A DNA stretch of 64,000 nt, taken from contig OZ024745.1 of the NCBI GenBank assembly GCA_964016885.1, positions 71,858,001 through 71,922,000 on the forward strand, in the 5' to 3' direction. Under the pieces are notes generated by a model. It was not told the DNA's origin, did no database searches, and saw only the letters and a list, made by a program, of their open reading frames with translations. This document shows, in pieces, positions 43,591-56,934 of this stretch. Each line of letters starts with the position of its first letter. The stretch's first letter is position 1. The position numbers were made by a program, and so were the translations under genes. The DNA comes from Eledone cirrhosa. Its lineage: Eukaryota.

Positions 43591-46500
43591 CATATATATA
43601 TGAGTGGTAGCTCAATAGAACCAAAAGATAAACACTAAACATGTGGTTTCATAAGTAAGCATGAAAGTATAGAGTTTATATATAACTTAGTTTTCATGTC
43701 ATCATTGTTTGTGCAGCATTTCAAGTCAATTTTGTCCGGTATTGAAATCTGCTTTATAGATTTGTCATGAACATTTGCTATTAGTATAACTATGTTATTT
43801 TAACGTTGATTTGCTTTCACAACTGTTCAATGTGTTCATATTGCAAACGTATGTAGTAATACGTAATATGTTTTAAATATATGATACCTAATATTGTAAC
43901 TATTAGAAATAATTATTTCTAATATAGACACAAGTCCAGCCATTTTGGGGGTGGGTTAAAGTTGACTCCATTATGGTGATCCCATTAAGTTAAGCCAATT
44001 ACTTAACTCATGATTTATTTTATGTACCTCGAAAAGCTGAAGGCAAAGTTGATCTCAATAGGATTTGACATCATAAGATGAGAGTCAGACGAAATATCGC
44101 ATTAATGACTCAGCCAAACTCGCCACTCATAGTATTAAATATAATACGTTCATATATTTAAGTATTTTGTTTCCTTCCTTTTCAGTACAGTTTTCGAAAC
44201 TCTTGAAGCTTGGTTATATATTTTACCTAATGTACGAACTAATGGTTTATTAAGAAAGTACCCATCAGGTATTATTATCACGTTAGAAAAAACAGTCGTA
44301 AGCTCGTCGAAAACAAATTAATATTTACTGGAATCACAGTACTGATTTCTTAGGACTAAATCAAACGCATTTTGTCTGACATTTTCCAAGCGACCTTCAT
44401 ACATATTATATCGTTTTAAGTTTAGACATGTTATATACTTTTAGAAACTTCTACATTGAGGTTAAAATAATTAATGTAAGGTTCTTTTATTTTAAAATTC
44501 ATTTATCTCTCCTTGCTTATCTATGATAGATAACAACACACTGCCGGTAGTAGCCACGAACTAATTGGGTGACAGTTTATCGGGTATGAAACGATATAAA
44601 CCCATATCTATGATTCTACACAAGCAGACAATCGGAAGAAAGCGTAATACAGAATTTCAACAAGAGCACCCCATTTAAAATCGTCCGCTAACCTTGTTTT
44701 CACATTTGGTTGTTTTTTTGTGTGAAATGTTTGAAATTATTCTTTACTATATGATGTTTCAAAAATTAGATTGAGCTTTTCAAAATTAACCGAATGTTAT
44801 ACTTAAAAATTATTTTCCAAAACGAACTGGTTTGAAGTAGTATCTGTGAGAACTTCACTAAAGTATATAGAATTTGTGGGTGTTGTAGCTGACGTCAGTA
44901 AAACGTCATAATGTTTACAATTCATCTGGAAGTGAGTTAACCTTTAATGTATTACTCTCTATTCAAGAAAGACTAAAGTCAGAAAGTTAGCATTAGAATA
45001 GAAGCCCAACATAATAGAAGCCCAAGTCAATAGTGATGTTAGCGAAGTGACCAGTGTCAGTTTAGACAATATGTTTTAATTACTCGATCAATGGAACGAC
45101 TAATCATTCAATTAACATGTAAGTGGCTGAGCATTTAACAAGCACGTTTATCTTTGGCATAATTCTCAATAAGATTCAGTGTGACAGAGAGTGTGATAAG
45201 GCTGACATATTCCATCCATTTCTGTCTACTCATGTCCACTCAGAAAGCTTGGTTTGACCTGACCTGATATAATTCTAAGCACCACTCACTAACCCAGCCG
45301 ACTGAGCTCACCAATACTAACTTCCACCATGTAGTGAAAATATAACTGCCCGGTAACATTAACATGCAAATTGAAATGTGTTTTAAATGGATCAATGTAG
45401 TTTGTAATTAATATGCAACAGTAAACGACAACAGATTGTAGATTAGTTAGAATCACATAGAGAAATTGATAGTTAAGTCATATAAAAGATGACTAAATAA
45501 AGTATGTTTCTGACAGAGGATAAAAAAGTGAGATAGATGAAGAATTATTTCTAATTTATTAGCAACTGAATAAAAGAGTTATATTGAATGAAAATAGAAG
45601 ATAAAAGATAATTGATGGAACATTTCTGAAATATAGAACGTGAGAAAGAGACGTGACAGAGAAAGATTCAAGAGAGAAAGAGAAAGCAATAATATATGAA
45701 AGATTGGAAGAGAATGAAAAATAAAAAAAAAAGCAAAATTATACAACGGAGAAAATATTTGAGAGGTAAAAAACAAACACATGAACAAAACAAAATAAAC
45801 GTAGGGGCCAATAGTGATGTAGGGAGGGAGAGAAAACGAAAGAAGAATGGGAAGAGAGGAGATGAGAGCTATAATAAAACGAAATAAAATATTGTGAAAG
45901 GTACGTACACAGACATGCAAAAAAGAACAAATATATCTCGAGTGTTACAAAGGAGGAGGATTGTTAACTTTTAGTAGTAATTTTTAGATTCAATTTTTTC
46001 GCTTCTTCGTGTCACATTTTAAGAGAGGAGAGCGGGGTAAATGTTACAGAATCATCTATTTCTGTCATATAGAGGAGAAACTATGTTATACTCAAGTATA
46101 GTTTCATCCCCGCACCTGTTGCTATAAACAAGTAAATCAAGAAAGTAAAATAAATAAATGAATAAACAAATAAAGGAATAACCTAAATAACCTATCAAAA
46201 GAGGAAGAAAAAAATAACATCTCTTTAGATATTATTTTATCTTTCTTTTCAAAGGATTGGCTCGCTTGGTTTTCTACTAAATACGGAAATAAACATGGTT
46301 TTCATTTTATGCAACTACGAGAGAAAATAAGTCGGTACTAGGAAGTTTCTTATCTGAAGAGCATTGAAGGAAAATGGGTAAATAAGTGTCATTTTTTGAG
46401 TTTATAAAGCTGATATCAGATGGAGAAGTATGTTTACTCAGACCTAAATCTTGTTAAGTTATACAAAATTACAACAGAAAGTGAGAACAACTAAATAAAT

Positions 46501-46794
46501 TGGCAGAATATATCTTTCAATTTTCGGCATTTTCTAATGTCATTTTAATAACATCAAGTGACTTTCTGCTGTCTTCCAGTTTAACTAAATAATTGAAGGA
46601 ATGAAAAATGAGGCTGGTTGAATTCTCAATGCATGTCACTCAGACATTTTTTTACTTTTATTTTCCCAAACTTCTTTTTTTGCTGCTCGAAAACATAAGA
46701 CGTTGAGGGGGTGGGCAACCTTCAATGTTTGTATCAACTAGAAATGTCACACGATGAGACAACTTAACAGAGGTTAGAGTGATGAGAGACCTAC

Positions 46795-46888
<94 letters not shown>

Positions 46889-47695
46889 CTGAAAGTGTAG
46901 TTATACCAACATTTACATGAATTAAATGTCAAGTACAAGCATAAAGGAACCACCAAAGGCAATAGTAAAAGGATTTATAAATAGAGATGATGGGAACAAC
47001 GAGATAAATGCATAACATTCTATCACTACTATTCGTCAAATGTTTCTTCACTTTCCTAAACTTTTCTTCCCATTAAAGAGGCGTGATCTACATTCGCCTT
47101 TATGTCTTTATGAACGTATATATGAACTCGAAAAATAATGATTTTTTTTTCTATACAGAGATTTATCTCAAGTAAATCGGATCATTAAGGCTAATGAAAA
47201 AGAAATAAGCTTCATGTATTATAGACTTCCCTTCTTTTTTACAATGGTAATAGTTTCAAGATTTCAAACAAAATTGTGCAGCTAAGATACTAATATTTCT
47301 TACTATCGGGTCTCAAATAATAGGAGGGTAGGTGGTTAGAATTAAACGAGGTGGGGCTGGAATAAGTGGAGGTGGTGAGGTGAGTTGAATAAGCATGGGC
47401 ATTAGAAAACTGGTAATTTTTCTAGGTTATCCCCGTGGATTAAAAAAAAACAACAGAATTAGTAATTTAGTTTACATATCGAAACTCCAATCCATCCTAT
47501 TTACTTTATAACGTATGAGGTTTCTAGTATTGTACTGTTAGTTTAGTAATAACAGGAGATATATCAGGAGTACAAGCTTTGTGGGTTGAACCGACAATAC
47601 ATACAAGGTTTTGTACTCTTAACTATTGATACATGTGGTGGTGTGACAGATGGACTCCAGAACGTAGATCTAGCAGATATTTTAATGGTGGCCGT

Positions 47696-47747
<52 letters not shown>

Positions 47748-47751
47748 TGTT

Positions 47752-47796
<45 letters not shown>

Positions 47797-48529
47797 AATG
47801 GAAATAGAGGCAGAGTAATCAGTAAATAGAATAATTGTTGTATAAACACGATGTTCAAAGGCCTTCCATCAGTGATTATGTTCAAAGGCGTTCTATCAGT
47901 TTTTGTAATATCATATTATATGGTGTCCAATGTATTCTTTATTTAGACAGTAGGGTGAACTTTGAGGGCGATTTGGCTGCTCTTTTTATTATCTTGATTC
48001 GTAAATGCATCAGTTTTATGCACTAATTTGGTGTATTGATTACAGAGATGTCAGACTAAAGGGATTCGTTGTTAAGAGGTTTATGCAAAGTTGGTGGCAT
48101 ATCTATTGTTAAAGAACGAGGAAGTTGAAATACAGTTGGAGAAGTGAGAAAATACTATACAGGAAATCCTCCTCTATTCTCCTGTGGTCTTATTTCAGGA
48201 TTATGAAAGCAATACATTTGTTGGTGGTGGATGAATTCTTCCGGCTATGTGCCTGTACAACTGCAACACAGCTATGTATGAACCACATGGGAGTTACTTT
48301 ACTGTGGAATTTAGCTGAGGAATTTTGTTGCTGTTGTTTAGCCACAGGCCAGCCTCCAACAAGTATTAATTCAGACTTGGTGTATAGAGGAATGCTGTTG
48401 CTGTTGTTATTGTTGTTGTTACAGCTCACACCTATGCAGGTTTAGCAGGCCTCCTCCGAGGTATATCTCATTGGAGGTATCTTGGGTGTTCTAATGATAG
48501 GGATCCCAGTCCTATCATCTCATTTCTAC

Positions 48530-48655
48530 AGCTGAGTAAACTGGAGCAACGTGAAATAAAGTGTCTTGCTCAAGGAAACGACACATCACCCGTCCGAGAA
48601 TTGAACTTACAACCTTTCGATTTCAAGCCCAATTCTCTAACCACTAAGCCATTCG
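48530..48655 (-). mobile_element. Second tRNA-derived SINE family
   Basis: ctggagcaacgtgaaataaagtgtcttgctcaagga..gaattgaac..aaccactaagcc; similar copy at ~52185-52265. Confidence 0.65.
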
Positions 48656-50041
48656 CCTGAGGAATACATTATCCTATAAGTCATTCTTTTCTAAAGAAAG
48701 TAGAATGTGATTTATGAGAGATTTGTTTGCTATTACATACGGTTGAAGGACGCCACAGATGATATTCTGGTTCATGTAGAAGCGCCGTCATTGGCTCAAG
48801 TGGAATTTGGTGCATCAGAAATGTAGATGACCAAAGCTAGGTGCTTTGTTCCAGTTGCTTCCTAAAGTATCTCGAGTTGTGACCATAGAATTGACAGAGT
48901 TCTAATCAGTTTGTTGGCTTGAAATAACAGGTGGCTGAAGGAGCAGAGATTACTGTGTAGTCGTTTGTCCTGATTTTAAAACTTTTGATAGTAAAGTGCT
49001 TAAAATCGTCCCTAGTTCTACGATACAAAATGGTTTATATTATGGTGTTTATATTTATCTAAAAACGTTTCATAATAAGTTTATGTAAGAACCTTTGTTT
49101 AAGTCATACCCTAAACACTAGACAAAATTTGAGAGAGTTAATTATATGTGGAAATTCCTTTGAATTCTTCATTATTTATAAAATTATTTGAAACACATAG
49201 ACTGTGTATTTCATTAGTAATGAAAGAGCTAAGAATCATATAAAGACATCGACTATAATTGTGAAGTTAGAAAACGGTGTTGAGAAAGTAACTTGCTGTA
49301 AGGGTCATAGAATTGGGAAAAACATGAAATTAACTGATGCAGGCAAACATTTCGACCTTCATGTTAGCCGTGACGGTATGGGAAGAAGTCATGTGTAGAA
49401 ATATATATCTAATTTATACATTATGTTACTAGAAATAATAAAGATCTGAAAGAAACTCGTGAATTGCGAATTGTCAAGTCACTACAGCTCTAGTTAAAGA
49501 CCAATCATTTTAACCCTTTCGTTACCAAATTTTCAATGAAAATCAATGCCTATGACTTTGGATGGATTCAATAAAATAATAAACTTCCTCAGAATTAAGC
49601 TGGTATTTGGAGCATAATCTAACAAATGTTCATTCTTACATAAAATTAGGATGAGACGCTTTTATATAATTATAAACATTATAAACAATTAAAAACAGTT
49701 ATGTATGGTAGAAGCAGAAGCAGTTTAAGGTGGTTTGGCATTAAAAGGGTTAAAGGGTCGATAGGGTAAGTATCATTGTGTTGAGCAAACAACCCAAATT
49801 CTACTCTATTCTAAACTAATAAATTAAAACGGAAAGACTTCTCTATTGGAAAAAATGAATGGATTTGGTCAGTAAATTATTGCAATTATAACTGAGTGGT
49901 TAAAATCTTCGCTTCACAATCACGTGGTTCTAATTTCGATCCCGTTGCTATAGACCTCGGACAAATAATGTCCTTGACTTGGCCAATACATCGGGAGGGC
50001 AATTTACTCGATGGAATTATTGTGGAGGTCCATTGTATGCG

Positions 50042-50175
<134 letters not shown>

Positions 50176-50562
50176 CATAATCACAATTAATAAAATTTGT
50201 TATTAATCGTGATTATAAACATCGAGGTTTCGCCGAAACTAACACTTTTTCAAAACTGTTTTGAAAAGCTGGCAGTTTCACCAAAACTTTGAAGCGAATA
50301 GTCACAATTCTTTAGATATGTATCTTGAGTCTTTATACCGTGTATAAATCCTTCGATTAGTGACTGTTTAGTGTGTTTCTCAAACCCTTTTATCCTAACT
50401 TTACTTTTATTTGATGAAAGACAAACGTCCGATACGTTGTGATATTTATTTTCTATTTCCCACAAGTGTGAAACTAATTAAACTGTGTAATTGGTTTTGT
50501 GCCTGTCTTTATCAATCTTGTTCTGCGTACTCCCTACACATATAAATAATATATTTGTGTAC

Positions 50563-50611
<49 letters not shown>

Positions 50612-50612
<1 letters not shown>

Positions 50613-51062
50613 TGGTTTGATGATGGCTGAGTGGGAGATAGAAGCTCTTGAAAGAGAAACTTGGCGTGGAATGGAGAATAATGGGGTCCATAATTTTAAG
50701 GACAGATGCATAGATCACGAGAAGATCAAATGGGATGTGTGTAGCAATGCCCTGGTGTATCTCTCGAAACGACCGGTGTCTCCATTGAATTGAAGTGCCC
50801 CGAGTGTAGAAAAATTTGCTTGAGCAAATCTGCTCTCAGGAGCCACAGTCGCATCCATGTTCAAAGAAAACCAGTCAACTATGATCTCCACGGTGTTGAA
50901 AGGCTTCACGGGCAACCTGATGCAGGACCTTAAGCCAGGGAGATCCATAGTTGTCGTCAGTGTGTGAAGGAGTGCAAGTCTCTAGCAGGCTTGAAAAGCC
51001 ATATCCGAGCGTCACATATCTGAATCTGACAAGCGATTGCAATACTCTTGGCAGAGTTTGCA

Positions 51063-51068
<6 letters not shown>
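50612..51068 (+). mobile_element. RTE-clade LINE 3' fragment with two C-terminal C2H2 zinc fingers, in (TA)n
   Basis: EWEIEALERETWR motif, CPECRKICLSKSALRSHSRIH (50796-50858), [22 protein letters not shown] (50952-51023). In-frame TAA at 50931. Confidence 0.8.
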
Positions 51069-51122
<54 letters not shown>

Positions 51123-51127
<5 letters not shown>

Positions 51128-51339
51128 TACTTGGGGAGGGTCATATTTGTGTAATATTGCCAGAATTAATAACAGAACACACTCACTGAAAAGCGAAAAC
51201 CAACCAAACAGTGAGTGTGTTCTGTTTTTAATTCTGGCAATATTACACAAATATGACCCTCCCCAAGTATAACAATATTTGTTTCGACACACGATTTCAT
51301 ATAAAAAATAAAAAACCTCGCAAAACTAATTCATCGCCG

Positions 51340-51340
<1 letters not shown>
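51123..51340 (+). mobile_element. Foldback element inserted in (TA)n, family of 2281/8862
   Basis: ~65-bp arms around a 20-nt spacer; the long arm continues to AATAAA and then (TA)n. Confidence 0.75.
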
Positions 51341-51421
<81 letters not shown>

Positions 51422-51664
51422 ATGTGTGTGTGTGTATGTGTGTGTAACTATATATGCATGTATATATGCATATATAATTGAGTTATGGACGCCATGAGAA
51501 ATGCGGTGAACCACTGACTGGTTCATCGAAAAATATGTAACTAACAGCATTAGAGTTTACGATTTGATATATAAGTAAATAATTATGTATTGGTAACAGC
51601 GAAAGCTTTTTCGTTCGTTGCCACCAGCAGTCATGTTGAAAGTTATCAGATGTTTAATAATGGG

Positions 51665-51850
51665 TTCTGATTTAGGCACAAGGCCAGCAATTTTGGGGAG
51701 GGGAAAATCGACCCCAGTGCATGACTGGTACTTTATTTTATCGACCCCGTAAGGATGAAAGGCAAAGCTAACTTCGTCGGGATTTGAATTCAGAACGTAA
51801 AGAGCGATAAATTCTATGCTGCAAAGCATGGGGTTCGATGCTCTACCGAT
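51665..51850 (-). mobile_element. Nin-domain SINE
   Basis: Same blocks. Further diverged copies at ~19780-19935, 22890-23045, 24060-24215, 28360-28510, 28570-28720, 39515-39575, 42489-42560, 43925-44130 and 63890-63960. Confidence 0.8.
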
Positions 51851-52407
51851 TACATGTTGACATTTATCTTTCTGAGTATTATTTATGATCGATGTTAAGC
51901 ATTAAAACATAGAAATGATTTCAGTTTACAAAGTTTTATAAGCCTTTTATACAGTTTCATTACAAGGTTTTTAAGCGGAATAAAATGAAATGAAGAATGG
52001 TCCTCCGTCGGTTTCCCTTATGAACGTTCCACTTGCTCAATCAATGGAATAGCTTGCTCATGAAATTAACGTATGAGTGGTTGTAAACCTTCAGCGTCAT
52101 TCTCAAGGAAATTTTATGTCACACAGTGTATTACAAGGAAGGCTCTTTGAAGTACATACAGGTACAACTATTGTTTTTTCAAGGCTGAGTGGACTGGAGC
52201 AAGGTGAAATAAAATGTCTTGCTCAAGGACACAACACACCGCATGGAATCGAACTCACGACCTTCACATAGACGAAAGATAGTTTACAGACGGACTGGCC
52301 CCGCCAATATGATAAATTTCGACACATTCATGATACATGAAGAGTAACACTTCCGCTTGCTGGTAATTTAACGGCTCATTAAATGTTTCGAAACATTTTC
52401 ATTTTCG

Positions 52408-52483
<76 letters not shown>

Positions 52484-52711
52484 AAAACATACATAGTTAT
52501 ATAAATATATTCATATTTAAGAAGTATGAATCATGTTAATATAGAAATATATAAAATGTGCATCGACATTTACAAATTCACACAAATATAAAATTATATA
52601 ATCTTATTGCTTTATTCATATAAATATATAAACATATCTATATACACGCCATACATATATAAAGTTAAATATATGTACATATATATATATATACACATAT
52701 ATATTTATATA

Positions 52712-52743
<32 letters not shown>

Positions 52744-52891
52744 ACTACATACATTCACACATTATATATATAATGTGTGTATGTATGTATTTATATATAT
52801 AAGTTTATATATATATATACACACATATATATATGTATATATAAATATATATATATGTCCACATATATAAATATATATATATAAGAAGAAA

Positions 52892-53081
52892 AACGATGAA
52901 GTTTTGTCTACATGTATTTATGGTTTTATATTTTCTTAAATCGCTAGTCTGACGAGCAGATCGATACTGTCATTGGGTCCATAACTTCCATGGATGATTT
53001 TAATCCAATCATCTGCAAAATGTGTGTAACAGGTCGATACACAATAAAAACCTAAATACATGTAAATGAAACTTCATCGTT
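52892..53081 (+). mobile_element. Decayed PLE-like foldback with degenerate hammerhead
   Basis: Arms ~52892-52930 and ~53045-53081; ctagt-CTGACGA-gcagatc-GATAC t GTC-attgg at 52944-52976. Confidence 0.5.
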
Positions 53082-53119
53082 ATTCGTATTACATACACCC
53101 TGCCTGTGCACCATTTACA

Positions 53120-53158
<39 letters not shown>

Positions 53159-53423
53159 CATACATATATTTAAAATAAACACATGAAACAATCACAGGGG
53201 ATAATTTGTAAAGTGTGTAATCACACAGTTATGTAGGTAACTAATTAAAGTTTAACTAGAAAATATTAATTTTATATATATATATAAAATTAATATTTGA
53301 ATATTAATATTTGAAGCTCTAGTTAAACTTTAATTAAACTAATTAAAGTTTAACTATGTGTGATTACACACTTTACAAATTATCCCCTGTGATTGTTTCA
53401 TGTGTTTATTTTAAATATATGTA

Positions 53424-53425
<2 letters not shown>
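53159..53425. repeat. Nested palindrome between (TA)n tracts
   Basis: Outer 69-bp arms, inner aattaaagtttaactag/ctagttaaactttaatt repeats, and a 38-bp perfect palindrome at 53261-53298. Confidence 0.85.
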
Positions 53426-53474
<49 letters not shown>

Positions 53475-53636
53475 AGAGACAGGACCTCGACGCCTGAGTT
53501 CCGGCCGTTTCGACAGCTAGGTCTGACCTTGTACCTACTCCTACTCTACTACCCTAAGTATCGAGTACTGTGGTGCGTTATGGTCCACGTGGTTCCTTAC
53601 CACACTTCCTTCGTTATACATATATATATATATATC

Positions 53637-53693
<57 letters not shown>

Positions 53694-53741
53694 ATATACA
53701 TGTAAATGTATATATATATATATGTATATATGTAAATATAA

Positions 53742-53817
<76 letters not shown>

Positions 53818-53945
53818 GTATATATATAAAGATATATATATATATATCTATTTACATATATCTATATATATAAATATCTATATATATATATATATCTATA
53901 TATATATATATATAAATATATATATATATATCTATATATATATAT

Positions 53946-53979
<34 letters not shown>

Positions 53980-53985
53980 CTATAT

Positions 53986-54019
<34 letters not shown>

Positions 54020-54107
54020 CTATATATATCTATATATATCTATATATATATAAATATATATCTATCTATATATCTATATATATATATATAAATATATATA
54101 TATATAA

Positions 54108-54410
<303 letters not shown>

Positions 54411-54882
54411 ACAAACAATCTTAAATTCGAATCAACGAGGGAACTGCGAACGCGGTTGTTCATCGTGCTGCTAGAAAGAGAAGCCTAATCTATCTAAAAT
54501 ACCTCACCGCTTTAATAAAATGAAGGACATATTGCATAAATACACACGTAGTCACACTATATCTGAAGAGAAAAATAAGATGACATGGTTCTGGTTGTTA
54601 CACATTTGGTCATAGGTCAGCTCGTTCAAGAAATAACAAGAAAAACAGCAACACCACCACAAGCAACAACAACAACAGCAATATTAAATAGAAGGAAATG
54701 ATAGATGTATTTTGATGCACAGGCACACATTCATATGGAAGTATATACGTAAACTGACAGGCAATAAAAAACGTTGTTCGTGTTTATGTATGTAATTCCA
54801 TGCTTTTTATATATGTAACATAATACGAAAAATGAATGAAATTAGCATTAAGTGAAATATAAAGGAAAGGTTTAAAACTTAC

Positions 54883-54970
54883 CAGCATTAAACAACGCCA
54901 ATGTTGGTGTCAGAGTTAAGGCTATGACAGCCCAAAGCACATGAAATATACTAAAATTCGTTAAGTTCAT
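54883..54970 (-). CDS. THBS: Thrombospondin-like gene, first coding exon (signal peptide MNLTNFSIFHVLWAVIALTLTPTLALFNA)
   Basis: ATG at 54970-54968, hydrophobic signal-peptide-like stretch, GTAAGT donor at 54882-54877. It ends in phase 1, matching the exon at 10891, and a TATA box lies ~215 bp upstream. Linkage across 44 kb is inferred from phase and protein logic. Confidence 0.75.
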
Positions 54971-55147
54971 TGTGAAGTCATAGAAAACTGAACTCCGTCG
55001 AAATAAAAACGATGAATATTAAAAGAAAAATTGCAAAAGCAATACTTTGGTTGTGGTTACGTTCTTAAGTTATGTAATTTGTCGGTGCTTATAATTTTTT
55101 CATGTATATATGTATTTATAACCGGTCTCTTCCTCTCAATCTCACTG

Positions 55148-55254
55148 TCTTGGAAGTGAAGGGGGTTGCCGGATTCCGTTTTATATTGCTGTCTGCAAGA
55201 GGATGCAGAAACAGATAAATAAGGAGCAAGTAAGTTCTGTCTTCACTTCCAAGA
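55148..55254 (-). promoter_or_regulatory. Putative core promoter of the thrombospondin gene
   Basis: Minus-strand TATAAAA at 55185-55179 and an Inr-like TCACTTC with its A at 55157 (28 nt downstream), upstream of the ATG at 54970. Flanked by a 14-bp inverted repeat. Confidence 0.55.
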
Positions 55255-55964
55255 GTCGCCGAAACGACTGAAGTGCCACTACCAAGAACTAGATACTGAT
55301 CTATTCTGTCTTGGATGTTTTCTTTACAACATATATCATCTACTCTATTACTACACCCCTCTTTATCTCAAGCTCCCTCTGTTTCCTGCTGTCTCCCTCT
55401 CTCTCTCCCTCTGTCTGTGTCTTTCTTATTCCTTTCCCTCTCTTCCTTGTTTATCTCTGTTTTACATTCTCTGCCCCTCTCTCTCTCTTTCTTTTTATCT
55501 TTCTCAGTCTCTTTCTATTTTATTCTGTTAACGAAAGCACTCCCAGTTTGGCACCGTCATCTCAACATAACCATCAGACGTCTGCCAACCGTGATCCAGA
55601 TTTGTGACACGCCCCTCTTAATAACTGTCTCACGCCGCCTGTCAGCTCGTCTTTCCTACTGTTTCTCATTCCTATTTTCTTATACTATTCTCCATCCCTG
55701 AAGATGACTACTGCATTGACAACAGTGACGATGGAGACGGCGATAGCAAGAGCTAACATTAAAATAGCATCAGTAGTAATAAGATAGATGGTAATGATGA
55801 TGATGATGTCGTTGAAGTTCTTTTCGTGGATGTAGTCGAATATATCGACACCCAGGGAGTTGAAAGATAAAGCTGGTCTCAGCGAGGTATGTATGAGCTC
55901 AGAAGATAGATGGACAAAGCTTATTACCACAAACCATTTTCGCCGGCTAGCCTCTGTTTAATGA

Positions 55965-56360
55965 TTTCTGATTTAGGCACAAGGTCAACAATTTTGGTGA
56001 GGCAAAAGTCGATTAAATCGATCCCAATGCTTTACTTTATTTTATCGACCCCGTAAGGAGGAAAGGTAAAACTAACCTCGACGGGATTTGAACGTAAAGG
56101 GCCAAAACTATATGCCGAAAAGCTTGTTGTTGGTGCTTTACTACTATTGCCAATTCACTGACCTTAATAATTGTTTCTACTTTTGGCACAAGGCCAGCAA
56201 TTAGCCCAGTGCATTACTGGTACTTTATTTTATAGACCTCGTAAGGATGAAAGGCAAAGTTAACCTCGACGGGAACTCAGACCGTAAAGGGACGTAACTA
56301 TGCTAGAAAGCATGATGGCGTCCAACCCTCTACCGATACTGCCAATTCACTGACCTTAAT
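55965..56360 (-). mobile_element. Two tandem Nin-domain SINEs
   Basis: Copies at ~55965-56165 and ~56170-56360. Confidence 0.85.
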
Positions 56361-56739
56361 AATGGCTTCCAACATAGACACAAGATCTGAAATTTAAGGG
56401 GCCTGAAAAATCAATTATAACAGCATCAGTTTGTTGTTATTTTATGTTATCCTCTTCAGAAGGATAAAAATAGAAGTTGACTTCAGTGCGAAGTTTGAAA
56501 GTACAATTTTGTAACTAAATTCCATAAAATATTTTGTCCCGACCCTTTAACAAATTGTCTATCTACCGCCATTAAATATTTAGTATGTATTAAAATTATA
56601 ATCCACCGTTCATAAACCTGAATGTATATACATATATACATTGTGTATGTGTATGTGTAACATGTGTATGGTGAGAGAGCATCTGTGTATTCAGGTATAT
56701 ATATATGTATATATATATGTATCTATGCATATATGTATG

Positions 56740-56796
<57 letters not shown>

Positions 56797-56898
56797 GCAC
56801 ACATGTATATACATAATATATGTACACACACACACAAACGACACAGTACAGTGAAGAAATATATTATTAGTTTTAAGCTTGATATAGTAGGAAAAGAG

Positions 56899-56934
56899 TC
56901 TTAACGTTTCGGACGATAGTCCTTCATCAGAAAA
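56899..56934 (-). ncRNA. Minimal PLE-type hammerhead
   Basis: Minus strand: tttt-CTGATGA-A-GGAC tatc GTCC-GAAACGTT-aaga, with palindromic AACGTT. A decayed relative sits at 50411-50438 (+). Confidence 0.7.
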
